The notes under the pieces are model-generated. The model had not been told where the DNA came from. It saw only the letters and a list, made by a program, of their open reading frames with translations, and did no database searches. A DNA stretch of 64,000 nt from a virus. Where the stretch lies: positions 96,001 to 160,000 of the IMG/VR virus record IMGVR_UViG_3300050343_000285; one strand, 5' to 3'. Below are positions 59,604-64,000 of this stretch, one piece after another (the stretch's first letter is position 1; each line of letters starts with the position of its first letter). The position numbers and the translations under genes are program-made.

Positions 59604-60496
59604 GTCTCTTTGCCTAAAATCCTACCCTTTTGAGTTCTAATAACATAGCCCATACGAATCATATATGGTTCAATACTATTTTCAATAGTTTCCATAGCGA
59701 TACCTGTCATACTAGATATAGCCTTTAATCCCAAAGGATTAATTCTATTTTTTTTCAAAATATTAAGATACATATTATCATTAGAGTCAAATCCGTTTGA
59801 GTCAATACCTTGTCTATTAAAAATTTTATCTATATTATCTTTATCTTTAGGATATGATGCTATATAATTTTTATACCATTGTAACCTTGCGTTAAGTATC
59901 CTTGGGGTTCCCTTACTTCGCTCGGCTATAGATATCATCTGACTATCACTCAAAGACAATCCTAATTTATCTGCATTCGACCTTGCTAGTTTTGCTAAGA
60001 CAGTATTTTTATAAAAAGATAGATGTTCTTTCATAGTGAAGCGATCATAAAAAGGTTGACTTAAACTACCACCACTAGTCGTAGCGCCGACTAGAGTAAA
60101 GATCGGAAGATCAATGCTGTCAGGTTTATTTTGCACCAGCATATCTATCCTAAAATCTTCCATAACAGGATATAAAAATTCTTCTACTAATTTAGGAAGT
60201 CTGTGTATTTCATCAATAAATAAAACAGACCTTGGTTCTAGGTTCATTAGGTAGGGAATAATATTTTTTATACTTCTAACAGAAGCAGCATTAACAGTAT
60301 ATAGATTAACAGATAGTTCATTGGCTATAGCACTCGCTATAGTAGTCTTACCAAGGCCGGGAGGCCCGTCTATTAAAACATGAGGCATTACTTGACCTGA
60401 TTCTTTACAGCCGTTAGACATTATTTTCAGACGGCCTATAGTATCTTCTTGACCCACAATATCGTTAAAATTGGTCGGCCTAATAGAATTATGCAT
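59600..60496 (-). CDS. ruvB: Holliday junction branch migration ATPase RuvB
   Basis: RP..F.D.VGQ, GPPGLGKTT, FIDEIHRL, LVGATT, DRF, GTPRI, IEPY.IR.G...RT.KGR. Confidence 0.93.
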   Translation of the reverse strand: MHNSIRPTNFNDIVGQEDTIGRLKIMSNGCKESGQVMPHVLIDGPPGLGKTTIASAIANELSVNLYTVNAASVRSIKNIIPYLMNLEPRSVLFIDEIHRLPKLVEEFLYPVMEDFRIDMLVQNKPDSIDLPIFTLVGATTSGGSLSQPFYDRFTMKEHLSFYKNTVLAKLARSNADKLGLSLSDSQMISIAERSKGTPRILNARLQWYKNYIASYPKDKDNIDKIFNRQGIDSNGFDSNDNMYLNILKKNRINPLGLKAISSMTGIAMETIENSIEPYMIRMGYVIRTQKGRILGKET

Positions 60497-60945
60497 GTTT
60501 TACTCCAATATTCTTTAATGCTGTTTTTACCAAAAGAGTCACTTCATTCGTTTGACAAATATGAAAAGACTTATCTATCAGTACCAATGCTTCTTGTTTT
60601 TCAAAACCATAACCAATCAATATATCACAACACTCTTTTTTTATATCCGCATCTAACAAGACAGATGGTTCAGATTCAGGAGGTGTTGTTTGTTTTATAA
60701 AAGTATTATTAGTTTTAGGCTGTTTTGTTTGTACTTTATTAACGCTTTGCGTATTGTCTTTTTTCTTAGCGTAAAGTATTTTAGTGTCTAAAATTCTTTT
60801 AGGCTTTATTATTATATCACAATCACACACGATTTTAAAATTACGAGAGCAAGCCTCTTTATGACTAATCCAATGCTCACAACCACATTTTGTACAAATA
60901 TATTTATAATAAATATCTTTTGATACAGGTTTTAGAACTAAGCAT
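60489..60945 (-). CDS. Zn-ribbon protein with RuvA C-terminal (domain III)-like module; start uncertain
   Basis: CTKCGCEH...CDCD N-terminally; C-terminal ECCDILIGYGFEKQEAL...EVTLLVKTALK resembles RuvA domain III; directly upstream of ruvB. Confidence 0.6.
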
Positions 60946-61371
60946 TTACTTCTTTTTCTTTTTTCTTGTGTCTTCATCGTCATTTCCCTTAACCCAAAAT
61001 ACAAAATCATTTTTATCGCTGTCAAACGCTGATTCAACCAAGCCTTTATTAACTAAATCCCTAACTATATTAGATACCATTCTTTCAGATATATTAACTA
61101 GAATAACATCATAGTCGCCATCTTTAATAAACCAAGCCTTCTCACCCTCTCTTCTATGTAAAAATTCACCAAAGATTGTTTCAACTTCTTTGTAAGGTAG
61201 GAGTTTGTCCATTTCGCTATCATCTTCTTTGCTCGCTATTTTATCTACCTTGTCAAGAAAAGCATCATCATCTAATTTTACATTAGATTCATCGAAATTA
61301 TAATATATGACTCTTCTACTAAAATTAATTAGTTTTTTAAGATTCATTATTTCTAACCAGCCCTCACTCAT
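60946..61371 (-). CDS. Hypothetical protein
   Basis: 141-aa ORF in operon context. Confidence 0.6.
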   Translation of the reverse strand: MSEGWLEIMNLKKLINFSRRVIYYNFDESNVKLDDDAFLDKVDKIASKEDDSEMDKLLPYKEVETIFGEFLHRREGEKAWFIKDGDYDVILVNISERMVSNIVRDLVNKGLVESAFDSDKNDFVFWVKGNDDEDTRKKKKK

Positions 61372-61380
61372 TTTTTCATC

Positions 61381-61803
61381 CTAGTTTAGATTATCGAACA
61401 AACCTTTATAATACATTGGCTGTTTAACAAAGTGTGCTGCATGACTAGATATATGGTTTTTATATTGTTGTTCTATTTTATTTACTACAAAATATTTTCT
61501 TTTCCATATCGCTTCATCATAATTATTATTACCTAAATATTCAAAATATTTGCTTGTCGGAATTTTGGATATATTATTTGATACAGGTTCTTTGGATGGT
61601 TTATAATTACCTAATAGCCATACATTATCTTTTTCATTTACTATATCTTTAATAGCCTCAGATAACCATATTTCCCACGAATCCCAGTCAAATTTAAAAG
61701 GTTTTGGAAATCCATGCTCATTATATTCATGGAATTGAGCGCCATCAGGATAATATTTGTATTCATCATCATCGTATTCATTATGTTCTGGGTCGTCGTA
61801 CAT
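61381..61803 (-). CDS. Hypothetical acidic protein
   Basis: ATG 61803 with GGAG SD; DPEHNEYDDDEY. Confidence 0.6.
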   Translation of the reverse strand: MYDDPEHNEYDDDEYKYYPDGAQFHEYNEHGFPKPFKFDWDSWEIWLSEAIKDIVNEKDNVWLLGNYKPSKEPVSNNISKIPTSKYFEYLGNNNYDEAIWKRKYFVVNKIEQQYKNHISSHAAHFVKQPMYYKGLFDNLN

Positions 61804-61813
61804 AATATTCTCC

Positions 61814-61870
61814 AAAAAAAATCAGGGACTACAAGATATAACTGACTACTATATTATACCCCATAGTCCC
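61814..61870 (-). terminator. Hairpin plus U-tract downstream of rIIB, with a promoter-like motif inside the loop
   Basis: GGGACTA...TAGTCCC stem followed by a T8 tract; the loop contains GGGGTATAATATAGT. Confidence 0.45.
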
Positions 61871-61900
61871 ATTAAGATCAACTAACACAGAACTCATAAG

Positions 61901-61949
61901 AGGATGTGGTGGGGTCGAACCACCTTAGCCCAAATTGCTCACCCATCCA
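61901..61949 (-). ncRNA. tRNA-like mini-element (T-arm plus acceptor-like stem, no D-arm)
   Basis: GGATG...GGTGG-TTCGACC-CCACC-A-CATCC; canonical TTCRANY loop; too short for a full tRNA. Confidence 0.35.
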
Positions 61950-61970
61950 ATCACAGGAAATCACAGACTA

Positions 61971-62811
61971 TTAAAATTCTTCGTCATCTTCATCTTCAAA
62001 CTGATCCCAGTAATCTTCATCATACTCATCATAAACTGTTGAGTATTCATCTTCATCAACATAAGAGTCTGCCTCAAACTCAGCCTTATAAAGAGGCTTT
62101 GGCAATTCTCCCTGATAAAGACCGACTACTTCATATTTACAAGTGCGAAGTTTCTCACAGTTGCAATCGCTAGGAACACTGACAACATCTTCAGGATTGA
62201 TTTTAACAATCACGATATTATCACCAGCATCTACATTACCATAATTTGCAACATAGTTTAATGCTCCAGCATGAAGCCCAGCAGAACATCCTCTACCTCG
62301 ATTGTCATCTACCTTTGCTCGACGCATTTCGCAGACCTGACCAACCTTATTGTCGAATGTTCCTTTCCACTTGTCTTTAAAGTCACTGTTGACTGCCTTG
62401 TATGCAAGAAAACAACCGTCTTCAGTGATAGGAAGATTCTCATGCTCCAAGAAATCATACAGTTCTTGCTGACTTTGCATACTTGGATTCTCCATAAGAT
62501 TTTCCAAGAATTTTACAAGAGGCTCAAAGGGCAAGCCCTTACTCATAAATTCTATAATTCTCTTGCTGATGCTACCGTGAACTTCTTCACCCTCAAACAT
62601 CACCTTACCATTTACGATTGATACTTGTCCGTCACTAAAACTAGCAACAGCCTTTCTCAATGTCTACCAGTTCTAGCAACTCATCTTCTGTCGCAGTTGG
62701 TAGTGCTTCCAGAATCAACTTGTAATTAGTATGATCTGGAATTACTTGGTGAGCCTTATTCTTTAAGATCACCGTTAAGTTGCCGTCAACCCACATAAAA
62801 GGAACACTCAT
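61971..62811 (-). CDS. rIIB: RIIB lysis-inhibition-like protein (frameshift near 62655)
   Basis: LAYKAV, N.VG, M.R..VDD...CSAGLH.G, VKINP.DVVSVP.D....K.R.CKYEVV; N-terminus MSVPFMWVDGNLT from ATG 62811. Confidence 0.85.
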
Positions 62812-62836
62812 AATTAAAACTCCTGTGATAAAAACC

Positions 62837-64000
62837 TTAAACCAAATTTCCTATTGCTGTTCTCAGTTCGCTGAGTTCAACATTGTCAAACCATTTGTCT
62901 CGACCATAGTAACCATTGTTGTGAATATCTGTAGGATCATTAGTCTTGATCCTCTCAATATCCAAATCGTCGTTACCACTAACAATATACTTTAGTATCG
63001 GTGACTTGTCAATAGCATCTTTAAGAATTTTTCTAAGAGCATCCATTTTAGGCAGGGTCTTGATGATTGCCTGACTACAGTGATTTCTTACCAGTTGGTA
63101 ACTCTTCGTAACCATACAGTTTCTTAAATTCAAAAAGCATATTGTTTAGTTTAAGCATTTTAGCATTAATATCCTTTGCATCTTCTGTGATATTGTATGC
63201 ACTTGCTATATTGTCTACATGCTGTTCAAGTCTTTGTCTACTAAATACTCTAAGATTAAAGTATTCACTATTTGCAACTTGAGCAAAGTAGTATATAAGT
63301 AGCCACTGATCCATCGCCTGAGTGACTGTCTCATCTTTAATATAATCCTTGTAGTCAAGGCCATAGATATTTAAAAGATTAGCCATTAGAACTCTATCTG
63401 AACGCTCTGGACTGACTGTGCCAACTTCTTTGTCTTCTTAAAGTCTGAGGTAGAATATTCTTTGTCACAGTGATTGATGACTGCATCATACTTGCCTACT
63501 TCTTCTCTTAATTTCTTAGACATTTTTGCAGCCTTACTCTTAAACCATTTGTTAAAGCATACTAGTTAATACCCTGCTTTTGTAGTTTAGATACTGAACT
63601 TTGTTTGATAGCATAGATGTTATATCTACTTGAATAGTAAAGCACCTAAGACATTATCTTTACCTGCTAGACTATAAATCTTATGAATTCGGGATAAGGA
63701 CTAACAGACTTATATCTAGTGATAGGAACATAGATTACTTGTTCAGCATCTTCTAGTCCTTCTACTAGACTATCGCTCAGTTCGCTAAGTTGAGCAGAGT
63801 CATTAAGATTATTGCCGCTAAGATCAGAACACTCATCAGGCTTATTAATCTTTAGAACTTTTTAGCAGAAAGATTTCGTCTTTACTAATCATACCAGCAC
63901 CAGTTCCAGTTCTCCCCTTGGTGCTAGACTGTAGCAGACTACGGTACTCAGAGATATTCTTGACGTTCTCTTCGCCACCAACATCTTTGATAAGTTTAGC
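62837..64000 (-). CDS. rIIA: Probable RIIA protein, C-terminal part, frameshifted and truncated by the window edge
   Basis: Long stitched minus-strand coding region immediately upstream of rIIB; assignment rests mainly on synteny. Confidence 0.5.

Noticed and set aside
1040-62995. Short plus-strand ORFs of 60-140 aa scattered through the window
   Set aside because: All overlap well-supported minus-strand genes, lack SD sites and recognisable motifs, and reflect antisense openness in AT-rich coding DNA.

Overview
This is a 64-kb AT-rich segment of a large bacteriophage genome. Evidence for that: bacterial Shine-Dalgarno sites, TAATG/ATGA gene overlaps, rIIA/rIIB, RuvB, a sigma-70-type factor and ClpP. 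Every credible gene is on the minus strand. The window is dominated by about 20 apparently soluble glycosyltransferase-like genes plus sugar-nucleotide and glycan-decorating enzymes: Glf, WecB, NeuA, a NeuB-FkbM fusion, HAD phosphatases, three sulfotransferases and several methyltransferases. These flank two giant low-complexity proteins. One is a 2607-aa modular lectin/Cys-rich protein. The other is a ~1700-aa Thr/Pro tandem-repeat protein resembling mucins and extensins. Two key genes are missed or truncated by the ORF track because of single-base indels: a GT60 (Gnt1/OGNT-type) protein O-GlcNAc transferase and a 2OG-Fe(II) prolyl-hydroxylase-like oxygenase. My main hypothesis, which is inference, is a phage-encoded pathway that builds a glycosylated mucin/extensin-like virion fibre or coat. 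The window also holds an actin-fold ATPase, RuvB with a Zn-ribbon/RuvA-domain-III partner, a recurrent intergenic GGTGTA-TATA promoter-like motif and a T-arm tRNA-like element. Many genes carry 1-nt indels, mostly in homopolymer runs and most likely long-read assembly errors. I reconstructed those genes by hand, so their coordinates are approximate. All family calls come from motif recognition by eye; no database searches were run.
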